Part shown: positions 6,515 to 14,843 of the stretch, piece after piece
Numbering within the stretch: position 1 is the stretch's first letter
Layout of the letters: each line of letters begins with the position of its first letter
IMG/VR virus record: IMGVR_UViG_3300006105_000046
Coordinates: 1 to 38,490 of that record
From: a virus
Lineage: Duplodnaviria; Caudoviricetes
DNA length: 38,490 nt
Direction: 5' to 3' (one strand)
Translations under genes and position numbers: made by a program
Notes under the pieces: model-generated
Seen by the model: only the letters and a program-made list of their open reading frames with translations
The model's database searches: none
Told to the model about the DNA's origin: nothing

Positions 6515-6693
6515 AGCGTTCAGAAGGCCAATGGCCTGAACCAGATTACAGTGATGTTCCTGAAGGTTTTGGGACTTTAACTCCAGAAACTATGGATGAG
6601 ATTGCAGCATCTCGCCGCCCAAAAATGATGCCACTCTCAGATAACGGTCAAGACATTGAGGACGCTAAACGCTCTCGCGGAGAACGCCTGTAA
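6511..6693 (+). CDS. Hypothetical protein (MKRSEGQW...)
   Basis: 60-aa ORF coupled on both sides. Confidence 0.65.
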   Translation: MKRSEGQWPEPDYSDVPEGFGTLTPETMDEIAASRRPKMMPLSDNGQDIEDAKRSRGERL

Positions 6694-6893
6694 TGAAGAC
6701 TATGGTCAACCATAGAGAGTTAACCCTTCAAGACCGTTGTGATACCTGTGGAGCCGCTGCAAAAGTACTGGCGTCATTTCTTCACGGAGAACTCCTATTC
6801 TGCGGGCACCATGCCCGTCAAGCTGGCACCAAGCTGGTGACTACAGCCCTGCAGGTTTATGATCCCGAAGGTGAGTTCAACCTACTGCACTAA
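6693..6893 (+). CDS. Actinobacterial-type small zinc-binding protein (DUF7455-like)
   Basis: LTLQDRCDTCGAAA......GELLFCGHH motif. Confidence 0.75.
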   Translation: MKTMVNHRELTLQDRCDTCGAAAKVLASFLHGELLFCGHHARQAGTKLVTTALQVYDPEGEFNLLH

Positions 6894-6902
6894 GGAGATA
6901 GC

Positions 6903-7019
6903 GTGGCAAAACCACAAAGCAATAGCTATCGGTGCAAAATATGTGGCAAAACTTGGGTAGTGCCTTCTTTAGCACGCCATTGTGAACAAAACCATTTAGA
7001 ATCAGAGTATGACAATTAA
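6903..7019 (+). CDS. 38-aa zinc-finger peptide (YRCKICGKTWVVPSLARHCEQNH)
   Basis: AAGGAG RBS, GTG start, translated by hand. Confidence 0.65.
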   Translation: MAKPQSNSYRCKICGKTWVVPSLARHCEQNHLESEYDN

Positions 7020-7338
7020 AGGCCGATCAGTATCTTCTACGTCTCTTACATTAAAGGGCGCTGCTGCTATCGGCGCCCATGTGTCTTCAAGCCTTAAAAA
7101 TGCTAGTAAAAATAACTTAACTAAGCTAAAGACATCTAAAGATAAGACGGCTGATCCTAAAAGTAAAACTAGGGCTAAAGAGCCGCAGACAAAAGAAAAT
7201 AAGCCCGCATCTAAGCCAGCAACTAAACCTGCGTACAAGCCGGAACCAAACAAAATTGCAACTAGTGGCAAAGCCTACCAACCAGCACTTCCTGGAATGC
7301 GCAATTTAAAGCAATTTAAGGAACCACGTGGCAAGTAA
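7009..7338 (+). CDS. Lys/Pro-rich basic protein
   Basis: 109-aa ORF with KPA-type repeats. Confidence 0.65.
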   Translation: MTIKGRSVSSTSLTLKGAAAIGAHVSSSLKNASKNNLTKLKTSKDKTADPKSKTRAKEPQTKENKPASKPATKPAYKPEPNKIATSGKAYQPALPGMRNLKQFKEPRGK

Positions 7339-7501
7339 GAAAGTTAAGGGCGGGATTACATCCAGCATCTCTTCGTCCATAACTTCATACCCTAGGTCTT
7401 TAAAGGCGCGTCAGTTTAGGGAAAAGCTCACAAGGGTAATGTCACCAGTAGTGCCTGGCAGACCAACTCAAGCTAAGCAGTCAAACCGATGGACACCATG
7501 A
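7328..7501 (+). CDS. Hypothetical 57-aa basic protein (MASKKVKGG...SLKARQF...)
   Basis: Translated by hand; AAGGA RBS; overlaps both neighbours. Confidence 0.55.
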   Translation: MASKKVKGGITSSISSSITSYPRSLKARQFREKLTRVMSPVVPGRPTQAKQSNRWTP

Positions 7502-7659
7502 GCCGTAAAAAAGAGTTTCAACAACCTAAGGCTAAAGAGTCAACTATCAGGGACTCTCGCTTTGGCCTACGCCATCTGTTTTTAAATGAAAACGAGAAGC
7601 CAAGTATTGCTGTCTATGGCACCCCTGGAAAAGGACCTAATGGAGAGCACCAAAACTAA
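7498..7659 (+). CDS. Hypothetical 53-aa protein (MSRKKEF...)
   Basis: Translated by hand; ATGA overlap. Confidence 0.55.
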   Translation: MSRKKEFQQPKAKESTIRDSRFGLRHLFLNENEKPSIAVYGTPGKGPNGEHQN

Positions 7660-7704
7660 TTAAATAGGCAGTAAACTGTAACTGTCTCCTCTGAAAGGGT
7701 AAGT

Positions 7705-8214
7705 ATGACCGCCTCGTATCCAGCTTCGGCAAAAGTATTTAACGTCCACCATGACGTAACTGACACCATTTACGCCGCTGACCCAAACACTATTCAAGAC
7801 GAAGTTTACGCTATTGAGACCGTGCTTGGCACCACAGCTACAGGAAATAATCCTCTAACATCTTCTTCAGTAAACTCATCAAGCACATGGTCACCTTCAA
7901 GTTACACCTACCCTTCAGTTGGAGATCGCCTTACAAATATTGAAAAAGGCGTTGCCGGTGACAGCCATGCAGGTCTCTATGTTCGTACATCCCCAACTTC
8001 TACATACCCAAACACAGTTACCCCTTCAGTAGGCACCCTTCAAGGGTTTGTAATTCAAGCAAATGCTTCAGGTCAATCAGTTAACTTACAAGAATGGCGT
8101 AATTCATCTGGGACTCTTGTGTCTTTTGTAGATCAAAATGGCAACATAAATGGAGTAGCCGCCGGATCTTCTACAGCAGGTATCCAAGATATTTTTATGC
8201 TTATGGGCTGTTAA
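7705..8214 (+). CDS. Probable virion structural/fibre-associated protein
   Basis: Ser/Thr-rich; N..QDEVYAIETVLG, QSVNLQEWRNSSG and C-terminal IFMLMGC patterns, as seen in phage fibre parts. Confidence 0.65.
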   Translation: MTASYPASAKVFNVHHDVTDTIYAADPNTIQDEVYAIETVLGTTATGNNPLTSSSVNSSSTWSPSSYTYPSVGDRLTNIEKGVAGDSHAGLYVRTSPTSTYPNTVTPSVGTLQGFVIQANASGQSVNLQEWRNSSGTLVSFVDQNGNINGVAAGSSTAGIQDIFMLMGC

Positions 8215-8261
8215 TAGGTTTAATTAAAGCCCGACACACTTAGATTTAGTAGATAAACTTA

Positions 8262-8287
8262 TAACGTCCCAGGCGCATGGGACGTTA
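8262..8287 (+). promoter_or_regulatory. 5'-leader stem-loop just after a TAAACT -10 element
   Basis: TAACGTCCCA-GGCGCA-TGGGACGTTA, perfect 10-bp stem; TAAACT at 8254-8259. Confidence 0.5.
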
Positions 8288-8312
8288 AACCCATCTATAG
8301 ATTGGAAACATA

Positions 8313-9692
8313 ATGACAGTTATTCGTGACTCGGGCTACAAGCAAGCCCCTTCAGGTAACGTTGCTGTTGATTTTGTCTACGGAAACCTTCCACTTCAGA
8401 CAAATGACGACCGCACTGGTACATCACCAGTTACCTACAATGCTACTGGCGGAACAACAGGCTCTGCCGGATCCGACATTGACACTGCTGTAGTAACAGC
8501 GGCTTCTGGTGACGGAACCACAATTACATACACAGCAGCTAATAACTTCAACGCTGGTCAGCTTGTAACTGTTACTGGGCTTTCAAGCACAGTTGCTATC
8601 ACAGGCATCACAGCTTCTGCTGGTGTTGTAACTTATGCAACCTCTAGCACAACAGGTCTTTCAGCCGGTCAGACAATTGTTATTACCGGAGCTTCTACTA
8701 GCGGCTTTAACGGCACCAAGACTATCTTGGCTGTTACAACCAACACAAACTTCACAGTAACTTCAGCTGCTACAGGCTCAACCTCAACAGCTACAGGTAC
8801 CTACACATCTGCTTACAATAAGACCTCAGCAACAATTGCTACTGCATCATCTTCAAACTTCACAGTTACAAGCTCTACTCAAGATCGTGCCGTTTCAGGC
8901 GCTACTGGTAAGGCCGCAGTTAACCTAGAAGTTATCCCAGGATTTGGCGCAGACTACGGCTGGGGAACAACAACTGACTATGCTAGCTACACAATTGCCG
9001 CCGCAGATCTTACAAAGGCAGTTGGACAGGTAACTCTAACAGTCCCTTCTGATAACCACGTTCGTGCTATCAATGGTTGGGATGCTTTCCCACAGAACAC
9101 CTCTAACGGCGGCTTCAACCCAGCTACAAAGCTCTATGCAACTGTAACTGCGGTTTCAGCTTCTGGTGGAACTGTTACCTACACAGCTAACAACAACTTC
9201 CAGTCAGGACAGACTGTAACAATCACAGGCCTCTACAACTATGTAGCTGCTGGTTCAACTCAGCCAATCGCTACTCAGTACTACGCTCCAACTTACACAA
9301 CTGCATCAGCATTTAACTTGTCTGGCGTAACAGTCGCTTCTGCAACTGCTACACAGTTCACAGTTACAAATGCTGCTACAGACTCAGCACTCGCAGGTGT
9401 TGCAGGAAACGCTGTTGTCACAATTGCAGCTGTTACCTCTTCCCAGACAGTTCCTACAGTCACAGGTTTGACTGTTAAAGAGGCTGACCGCCTTCTAGGA
9501 AATGCTGACTTCGATACAGGAACAGTCACCTACACGACTTCTGGAGCAACTCTTGCTAACGCAGGAACTGTTTACAGCCAGTCTATTACAGGTAGCCAGA
9601 GCACAGGAACACCAGTTAACTTGGTGGTCTACAAGCTTGCAACTGGTGAAAATCCAGGAACACAGGACGGCACATTCACCTACGTTTGCTAA
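8313..9692 (+). CDS. Thr/Ala-rich virion protein with beta-sandwich repeats and a C-terminal PASTA-like domain
   Basis: Repeated TYTA.NNF..GQ.VT.TGL modules; C-terminal VPTVTGLTVKEADRLL...GTVYSQS...GTPVNLVVY; biased codon usage; strong terminator after. Confidence 0.8.
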   Translation: MTVIRDSGYKQAPSGNVAVDFVYGNLPLQTNDDRTGTSPVTYNATGGTTGSAGSDIDTAVVTAASGDGTTITYTAANNFNAGQLVTVTGLSSTVAITGITASAGVVTYATSSTTGLSAGQTIVITGASTSGFNGTKTILAVTTNTNFTVTSAATGSTSTATGTYTSAYNKTSATIATASSSNFTVTSSTQDRAVSGATGKAAVNLEVIPGFGADYGWGTTTDYASYTIAAADLTKAVGQVTLTVPSDNHVRAINGWDAFPQNTSNGGFNPATKLYATVTAVSASGGTVTYTANNNFQSGQTVTITGLYNYVAAGSTQPIATQYYAPTYTTASAFNLSGVTVASATATQFTVTNAATDSALAGVAGNAVVTIAAVTSSQTVPTVTGLTVKEADRLLGNADFDTGTVTYTTSGATLANAGTVYSQSITGSQSTGTPVNLVVYKLATGENPGTQDGTFTYVC

Positions 9693-9702
9693 TAACGTAA
9701 AT

Positions 9703-9734
9703 AAAAAAGCCCCCGAGTGATCGGGGGCTTTCTT
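9703..9734. terminator. Bidirectional intrinsic terminator
   Basis: AAAGCCCCCGA-GTGA-TCGGGGGCTTT flanked by A and T tracts, between convergent genes. Confidence 0.9.
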
Positions 9735-9735
9735 A

Positions 9736-10014
9736 TTATGCCGCTCTACTTCTGGAGGCTCTTATATCCTGTCGTTGCCTCTGAGTTGTGCCTGCCCAGA
9801 TACCGACTAGATCTGCATGCTTTAGTGCATACTCTAGACAAGGCTCTTTGAACTCACATGACCTGCATAATTTGCGGGCCACGTTTAAGGTTAGACGAGG
9901 ATCTTTGAACTCGTCTGGAAAGAACAGGTCAGGGTCTGTTTGAGCGCATATCTGCGTACCATCAAACCCTGGGGCTTTAATACCAACCGTGTCCTTGCCA
10001 GAACTTCCAAGCAT
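9736..10014 (-). CDS. whiB: WhiB-family 4Fe-4S transcription factor
   Basis: C..TDPDLFFP...ARKLCRSC....PCLEYAL....GIWAGTT..QR (four Cys plus the GIWxG turn). Start uncertain (10014 or 10056). Confidence 0.93.
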   Translation of the reverse strand: MLGSSGKDTVGIKAPGFDGTQICAQTDPDLFFPDEFKDPRLTLNVARKLCRSCEFKEPCLEYALKHADLVGIWAGTTQRQRQDIRASRSRAA

Positions 10015-10492
10015 TGCATGCGTCTCCGTATCTTTTTTCAATGTAATGTAGGCCATATTTAATTTGTAGTTGCGCCACCGCAGTCTTCTTTACATTGTAG
10101 TTATCCCATGTTGATGGGAGAAACTGAGCAATACCAAAGGCATGCGAGCCCATATTAAGGGCTTTAGGGTTGAAGTGGCTTTCGTGAGACCAAAGTGAGT
10201 TTAAACACTTCCATTCAGTCATGGACTTGCCCGCCGAATACTCCGTTAAGAAGGCAATCGTCTGAGCATCAAAGTACTTAACGTAAGTACTAGCCAAGGC
10301 TTTCTTGGCGTCTGTCCGTGTCGTCTTCACGGTTATGTAGTTAAGGGATACTGTCACTACCCTTTCCTTAGGCTCTGGGGCTGGTAGGGCATTGGCTGGT
10401 GTAAACAACTGTGTCCACACTAGCACTGCTGCTACAAGCAGTCTAGATACCTTTTTTACATCAACTGTGAAGTTGATTCTGATATTAAGCAT
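9977..10492 (-). CDS. Lytic transglycosylase (SLT/lysozyme-like) with N-terminal signal/TM
   Basis: EWKCLNSLWSHESHFNPKA...AFGIAQFLPSTW...QI.YGL.YI..RYG.AC.AW.FW...GWY; GAGGAG RBS. Confidence 0.88.
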   Translation of the reverse strand: MLNIRINFTVDVKKVSRLLVAAVLVWTQLFTPANALPAPEPKERVVTVSLNYITVKTTRTDAKKALASTYVKYFDAQTIAFLTEYSAGKSMTEWKCLNSLWSHESHFNPKALNMGSHAFGIAQFLPSTWDNYNVKKTAVAQLQIKYGLHYIEKRYGDACNAWKFWQGHGWY

Positions 10493-10684
10493 CGCTGCTC
10501 CTCTCAGTCGGTTGTATTAGCATATAGGCAGCCTTACAACCTATGTCAAGCCAGAAGCGTTAGTTGACGCAGATATTTTTGTATTTCTGTGGAAAACTAT
10601 ACAAATCACGCATTTTTGTGGCACTTCTTACGGATAATAACTGCGCTCCTTAACATAACTCCTCTATTGAGAATTGGCTTGACA

Positions 10685-11008
10685 ATGGACATAGCAACTG
10701 TTACAGGCACAGCAGCATCAGTCACCGTTGTTGGAGGTGTTTTTTTGGGCATTGCCCGTTGGATCTTTAAGAACCACACACAAGAGCTAGTTAAAGAGTA
10801 CTTAGAGGAGATGAAAGAGAACTCTAAGGAGTTAAAGCCTAATCACGGCAGCTCTCTTAATGACATCGTTAAGCTTCAAGTCTTACCGATCCTTAAGAAG
10901 CTAGACCAGAAGCAAGATGAGATCCGTGAAGATATCACAGAGATCAAGGTTGAGTACGCGCGTCTTGAAGGGCGTTTTAACCAATACGTTGAGGAGAACA
11001 AAGAGTAA
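10685..11008 (+). CDS. Single-TM coiled-coil protein at the head of the lysis cassette
   Basis: N-terminal TM, ELKPNHGSSL.D motif, coiled-coil tail; start reassigned to ATG 10685. Confidence 0.7.
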   Translation: MDIATVTGTAASVTVVGGVFLGIARWIFKNHTQELVKEYLEEMKENSKELKPNHGSSLNDIVKLQVLPILKKLDQKQDEIREDITEIKVEYARLEGRFNQYVEENKE

Positions 11009-11490
11009 TGGCTTATGAACCTCGCCCAGGAGACTACGGGGTAGTTAAGACCACGGGGTTCTTTGGAAAGCTGATCCGCTTAGGAACTATGTCTAGGTGG
11101 AACCACGCCTTTATTTATATCGGGGACGGCATGATCGTACAGGCAAACCCAACTGGGGTTGCTATTGGGAAAGCTACCCAGTACCCGGTAATCGGCTGGA
11201 ACCAACACGAAGACCTAACTGATGAACAGCGCGCTCTAATCGTTGAAGCCGCTAAAAAACTTGTTGATCGTCCTTACGGGTTTTTAGATATAGCTAACCT
11301 AGTCCTTCGCATCCTAGGGTTAAAGATGCTTGCTAACACCACTCTCTTAGAAAAGATGGCTGAGCGCTATGGGGTTATCTGCTCTGAACTTGTTGCTCTT
11401 GCATACGATGCCGCAAAGATAGACCTCTGTAACAAGCCAGCAAACATTGTTACTCCAGGAGACTTAGCTGAGAGGTTGATCTACCAGTGA
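11008..11490 (+). CDS. Permuted papain-like (YiiX/YaeF, NlpC/P60 superfamily) enzyme
   Basis: PGD....SRWNHAFIYIG...PY...ICSELVA.AY...VTPGDL, with His before Cys. Confidence 0.85.
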   Translation: MAYEPRPGDYGVVKTTGFFGKLIRLGTMSRWNHAFIYIGDGMIVQANPTGVAIGKATQYPVIGWNQHEDLTDEQRALIVEAAKKLVDRPYGFLDIANLVLRILGLKMLANTTLLEKMAERYGVICSELVALAYDAAKIDLCNKPANIVTPGDLAERLIYQ

Positions 11491-12356
11491 CAGCCGGGGT
11501 TGATATCGTCAATGTCGCTCGTACCCAAATTGGGTTTGTAGAAGGCCCTAACAACGAGAATCCTTATGGAACGTGGTACGGAATTCCTAACCAGAGCTAT
11601 TGCGCTATGGGTATCAGCTGGTGCTTTGCACAGGCCAACGCATCTCATTTAGTAGCAGCTCAGACACCTAAAGGGTTTTCTTACTGCCCAGACGGGCTAA
11701 CTTGGTTCCAGAAGAACAAACAAGTAGTGGACAAATATTCTGCACTTCCAGGCGATATTGTGTTCTTTTCTTGGTCTGGTAACGGGGTAGCAGACCATGT
11801 AGAGCTTGTGGAAGCCGCTTCTAAAGATGGTCTCACAACTATTGGCTTTAACACTGGCCCGGAGTCCTACACAGGAAATCAGGCTAATGGAGACGGGTGC
11901 TATCGCCGTCATCGTCCTTATCTTTATGTGTTAGCCATTGTCCGCCCAGCTTATGCAAAAAGTTCAGCGCCAGCTAAATCAAATGGAAATAGCAAGCTTA
12001 TAGCTACAGGAGTAGCTGGGGCTACAGCGCTTACTGGTGGCGGAGCTGCAGCGCTTCACACATCTAACACTCCAGCGCCTGTCCCTACAACCAAGCCAAC
12101 AGTAATTGTTGCGCCACCGTTCCCAGGATCATCTGTGTTTAAAGTGGGTGCTAAAGGCAATGTTGAGTTAGTAGTATCTAAGGCCCTAGCAAATGCGGGA
12201 CTTATGCCATCTAACCTAGTGTCTAACGTGCTAACTGAGGAAGAGATTGCGCTTATTCCTGTCTATCAAGGGCTGTATCCAGGCCTTAAAGCTTCTAAGG
12301 GTAAAGGTATTGATTTAGCCACTTACACTTCTATGGTAGCAAAGGCCAATGAATGA
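11487..12356 (+). CDS. Endolysin, CHAP-domain amidase/peptidase
   Basis: YCAMGISWCF (Cys), PGDIVFFSW...ADHVELV (His), TIGFNT; Ala/Pro/Thr linker and a C-terminal domain. Confidence 0.88.
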   Translation: MTAGVDIVNVARTQIGFVEGPNNENPYGTWYGIPNQSYCAMGISWCFAQANASHLVAAQTPKGFSYCPDGLTWFQKNKQVVDKYSALPGDIVFFSWSGNGVADHVELVEAASKDGLTTIGFNTGPESYTGNQANGDGCYRRHRPYLYVLAIVRPAYAKSSAPAKSNGNSKLIATGVAGATALTGGGAAALHTSNTPAPVPTTKPTVIVAPPFPGSSVFKVGAKGNVELVVSKALANAGLMPSNLVSNVLTEEEIALIPVYQGLYPGLKASKGKGIDLATYTSMVAKANE

Positions 12357-12706
12357 CAAAAAAGAAGAACAAAGGGGTTAGCGCAGTATTCCAAAGGATG
12401 TCTGACTGGGCCTCAATAGCGTTCGGTTCAGCGTGGTTCCTCATATTTCATCTGATCTTTTGGACTATCTGGATGACCTTTGCTGTCTTTGACCCATACC
12501 CATTTAACCTGCTAACGCTCACTGTCTCCTTAGAGTCCATCCTGCTCTCAGGCTTACTGTTAAACGCAACTAACCGTTCTGGGGACGAAGACAGGCGTAT
12601 CATTAGTAAGGACCTTAAATTGGACCAGGAGACTCATAACCATATTGAGGAGCTCCGCAGGCACATGAGAGAAGTATTGGAGCACATTCGTGGGGATAAA
12701 GCTTAA
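12353..12706 (+). CDS. DUF1003-like membrane protein
   Basis: FGS.WF......W...FDPYPFNLLTL.VSLESI.LS..LL...NR..DR. Confidence 0.85.
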   Translation: MTKKKNKGVSAVFQRMSDWASIAFGSAWFLIFHLIFWTIWMTFAVFDPYPFNLLTLTVSLESILLSGLLLNATNRSGDEDRRIISKDLKLDQETHNHIEELRRHMREVLEHIRGDKA

Positions 12707-12917
12707 CTTCAGCAGCCCGGTGCATGTGGCTTTTGGTGGATCGGCTGCCCTAGGGACTTGGGCGGCTACCGGATATTCTACTGACCCAAAACACCTTGTA
12801 GCTGTTGCATTGGCGGGCTTTGGGGGTGTAGCATCTCACAGTGAAAGCTCGTCTAAACCTAACGTTCAGGCGGACTCTCACATCATAACGCCGTACGCAA
12901 ATAACATAGAGGAGTAA
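12690..12917 (+). CDS. Holin-like small membrane protein
   Basis: Two hydrophobic segments; lies in the lysis cassette. Confidence 0.6.
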   Translation: MGIKLNFSSPVHVAFGGSAALGTWAATGYSTDPKHLVAVALAGFGGVASHSESSSKPNVQADSHIITPYANNIEE

Positions 12918-12919
12918 TA

Positions 12920-13099
12920 ATGAACGCAAAGACAAAGGCTCTCTTCGAGCACTATGTCATTTCAACAGTTGTTGCTGGAGTAGCCATCTGGCAGGGCGGC
13001 AACCACCATCTTAAGCAGGTTGCATGGTCTGCTCTAATTGGTGTCTTTGGTCCTGTACTCAAGGGCGCTTACGAGCACTTCCAAACACCTACAAAGTAA
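12920..13099 (+). CDS. Probable holin, 59 aa (MNAKTKALFEHYVISTVVAGVAIW...VAWSALIGVFGPVLK)
   Basis: Translated by hand; GAGGAG RBS; two TM segments; followed by a terminator. Confidence 0.7.
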   Translation: MNAKTKALFEHYVISTVVAGVAIWQGGNHHLKQVAWSALIGVFGPVLKGAYEHFQTPTK

Positions 13100-13112
13100 G
13101 TCTTTACATATT

Positions 13113-13139
13113 AAGGGGGCGCAGTAGCGCCCCCTTTTT
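13113..13139 (+). terminator. Intrinsic terminator ending the lysis cassette
   Basis: AAGGGGGCGC-AGTA-GCGCCCCCTT then TTT. Confidence 0.88.
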
Positions 13140-13147
13140 GCTATACT
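13139..13147 (+). promoter_or_regulatory. Extended -10 promoter TGCTATACT
   Basis: TGn-TATACT directly after the terminator, upstream of an AGGAGG RBS. Confidence 0.55.
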
Positions 13148-13170
13148 GAAGTACTATTTAGGAGGACTAC

Positions 13171-13401
13171 ATGAAGTGCGATAACTGTTTTAATGAGGCT
13201 GTGTACACTCATTCAGAGACCGGTGTAAGCCCCGCTAACTACTGCGGTAACTGTTTGCCACACTGGTTGCAAGACAGGGCTATTGCAGGGCACTTCCCTT
13301 TAGTCACGCCTGTATCTGAAAAGGCGCCTGTAGAAGAAGCCCCAGTAGAAGATAAGCCTAAGAAGAAAGCAACTGCAAAGAGCACTGCCGTTCAGGAGTA
13401 A
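13171..13401 (+). CDS. Small zinc-binding protein
   Basis: CxxC...CxxC; AGGAGG RBS. Confidence 0.75.
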   Translation: MKCDNCFNEAVYTHSETGVSPANYCGNCLPHWLQDRAIAGHFPLVTPVSEKAPVEEAPVEDKPKKKATAKSTAVQE

Positions 13402-13404
13402 CTA

Positions 13405-13746
13405 GTGGGCATTGACTACGAGACTTTTGGTGCTTATGGGTCAAGAAGCCGCGAGGTTGACTACGAGTTAGATATGGTAGCTCCACATCTAATTACCCGT
13501 ATAGCCGCGCCTCAAGCCCATCCAGTCCCAGATAAAGTTACCCACGCCTACGGGCCTTTCTCGCCAGAGCTTTTACGAGAGCCAGAGCTAGTAGTTGTTA
13601 CACCAGCATTTAATGAAGATGGGTCTGAGTTTCCGCTTGGAGCAACCGCGCAGAACAACTTTAAACCGCCTAGGTATTTAAGGTGCGGAGCGTGTTTTGC
13701 TAGAGTGTTGGAGACAGATACCGCTGACCACGTATGTGAGGAATAA
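13405..13746 (+). CDS. Hypothetical protein with C-terminal CxxC..HxC
   Basis: 113-aa ORF; AGGAG RBS. Confidence 0.7.
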   Translation: MGIDYETFGAYGSRSREVDYELDMVAPHLITRIAAPQAHPVPDKVTHAYGPFSPELLREPELVVVTPAFNEDGSEFPLGATAQNNFKPPRYLRCGACFARVLETDTADHVCEE

Positions 13747-14195
13747 TGGGTAGAAAGAAAGCGCCTTTAGGTAACTGGGATCAGATAGTAGGCCCAGACC
13801 ACTCACGGTCTATGGACTTCTCAGTTAAGGCTTATTTAGAAGAAACCACTACTTATGAAGAGTACATTGAAGAGAAGTATCAAGATGTACAAGATAAATA
13901 TGGCGTTGAGTTTGCAAGGCCTGTGGAAACAAGAGCCGCCCCAACTACCAACCCAACACGTCCCAGAGCGCTCCAGCTAGCTTATATGAAGGACACAGAA
14001 ACTCTTTTAATCCAGTTTAGAGATGCCCCCTATATTTGTGAGTATCCTGATGTACCAATAGAGATCTGGCAAGACTTAAAGGTTACAGACTCTACTGGAA
14101 AGTACCTGCGCAACTCTGGATTAGACCAGGCAGCCTACAAGAAAGTTCCAAAAGCACAGTTCCCCGAAGAAATTAGGGTATTATTCACGCAATGA
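13746..14195 (+). CDS. KTSC-domain-like protein
   Basis: LAY....ETLLIQFR...EYPDVP..IW..L...DSTGKYL. Confidence 0.75.
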   Translation: MGRKKAPLGNWDQIVGPDHSRSMDFSVKAYLEETTTYEEYIEEKYQDVQDKYGVEFARPVETRAAPTTNPTRPRALQLAYMKDTETLLIQFRDAPYICEYPDVPIEIWQDLKVTDSTGKYLRNSGLDQAAYKKVPKAQFPEEIRVLFTQ

Positions 14196-14491
14196 AATCA
14201 TACGGACCACTATACGGCGGAAAGCTAAAGTACTGGCATAGACATCTACTACCGGTTATTGAGGTAGGAACAACTCAGGAGACTGACCGCCCTTACAGAC
14301 TAGGTAAGTGCTTAGTATTCCGCTTCCCATTTACTCACCCAGGGTTCTATCTGGGGGTGTGGTTTAAGAAGCCAAACATTGACCTAGATGACGAAGACTC
14401 TATTGACGCGCTACTATTCAGGACTATGCGAGGCCGAAACGCTTGGAAGCCTCAGGACGGACTATTTGATGAAACTTTTTTCTCGGAATAA
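14192..14491 (+). CDS. Hypothetical protein
   Basis: 99-aa ORF; ATGA overlap. Confidence 0.7.
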   Translation: MKSYGPLYGGKLKYWHRHLLPVIEVGTTQETDRPYRLGKCLVFRFPFTHPGFYLGVWFKKPNIDLDDEDSIDALLFRTMRGRNAWKPQDGLFDETFFSE

Positions 14492-14714
14492 GGTCTGGGA
14501 CAAGCCATTCTCTGAGAAGGTCTCTAAGAGAGTAACAAGACTACAAACAGCTGAGATTGAGGGTTGGTTAGACCAATCCATCTATGAGATAGGCCGTTGC
14601 CTCTCTATGTACCAGCGCAGTAGGGACGACATCTACTTAGATGAAGCTTTAAAGGGCGCAGAGGCTCTTCACGCTATGGTGGATCAACTTAGAAAGCGTA
14701 CGCCACGCCGCTAA
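14469..14714 (+). CDS. Hypothetical helical protein upstream of the terminase
   Basis: Start reassigned to ATG 14469 (MKLFSRNK) to shorten the overlap. Confidence 0.7.
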   Translation: MKLFSRNKVWDKPFSEKVSKRVTRLQTAEIEGWLDQSIYEIGRCLSMYQRSRDDIYLDEALKGAEALHAMVDQLRKRTPRR

Positions 14715-14719
14715 ACCCA

Positions 14720-14756
14720 TTTGTCGACAAATAGACATTTATGCTATTATTGTCTA
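14720..14756 (+). promoter_or_regulatory. Conserved late-promoter-like motif, copy 1
   Basis: TTTGT-N9-GACATTTATGCTATTATTGTCTA; core 21/23 identical to 17295-17317. Confidence 0.65.
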
Positions 14757-14823
14757 CGCCTCTCTTCCTCTCCCCGTAGATGGCGCAAAGAGCCTGGGTT
14801 TAACGACTTAGGCTCTTTGTTTT
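14757..14823 (+). ncRNA. Candidate small RNA or attenuator: CU-rich-loop hairpin plus intrinsic terminator
   Basis: CGCCTCT-(CTTCCTCTCCCCGT)-AGATGGCG, then a 14-bp stem CAAAGAGCCTGGGT/ACTTAGGCTCTTTG with TTTT, directly after the promoter motif. Confidence 0.5.
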
Positions 14824-14843
14824 AAAATAAACTAAAGGTTTAT

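Noticed and set aside
10519-10549. TTGACA-based leftward promoter for transglycosylase-whiB
   Set aside because: The -35 is perfect but the best -10 (TATGCT) is 19 nt away; plausible but too uncertain to list
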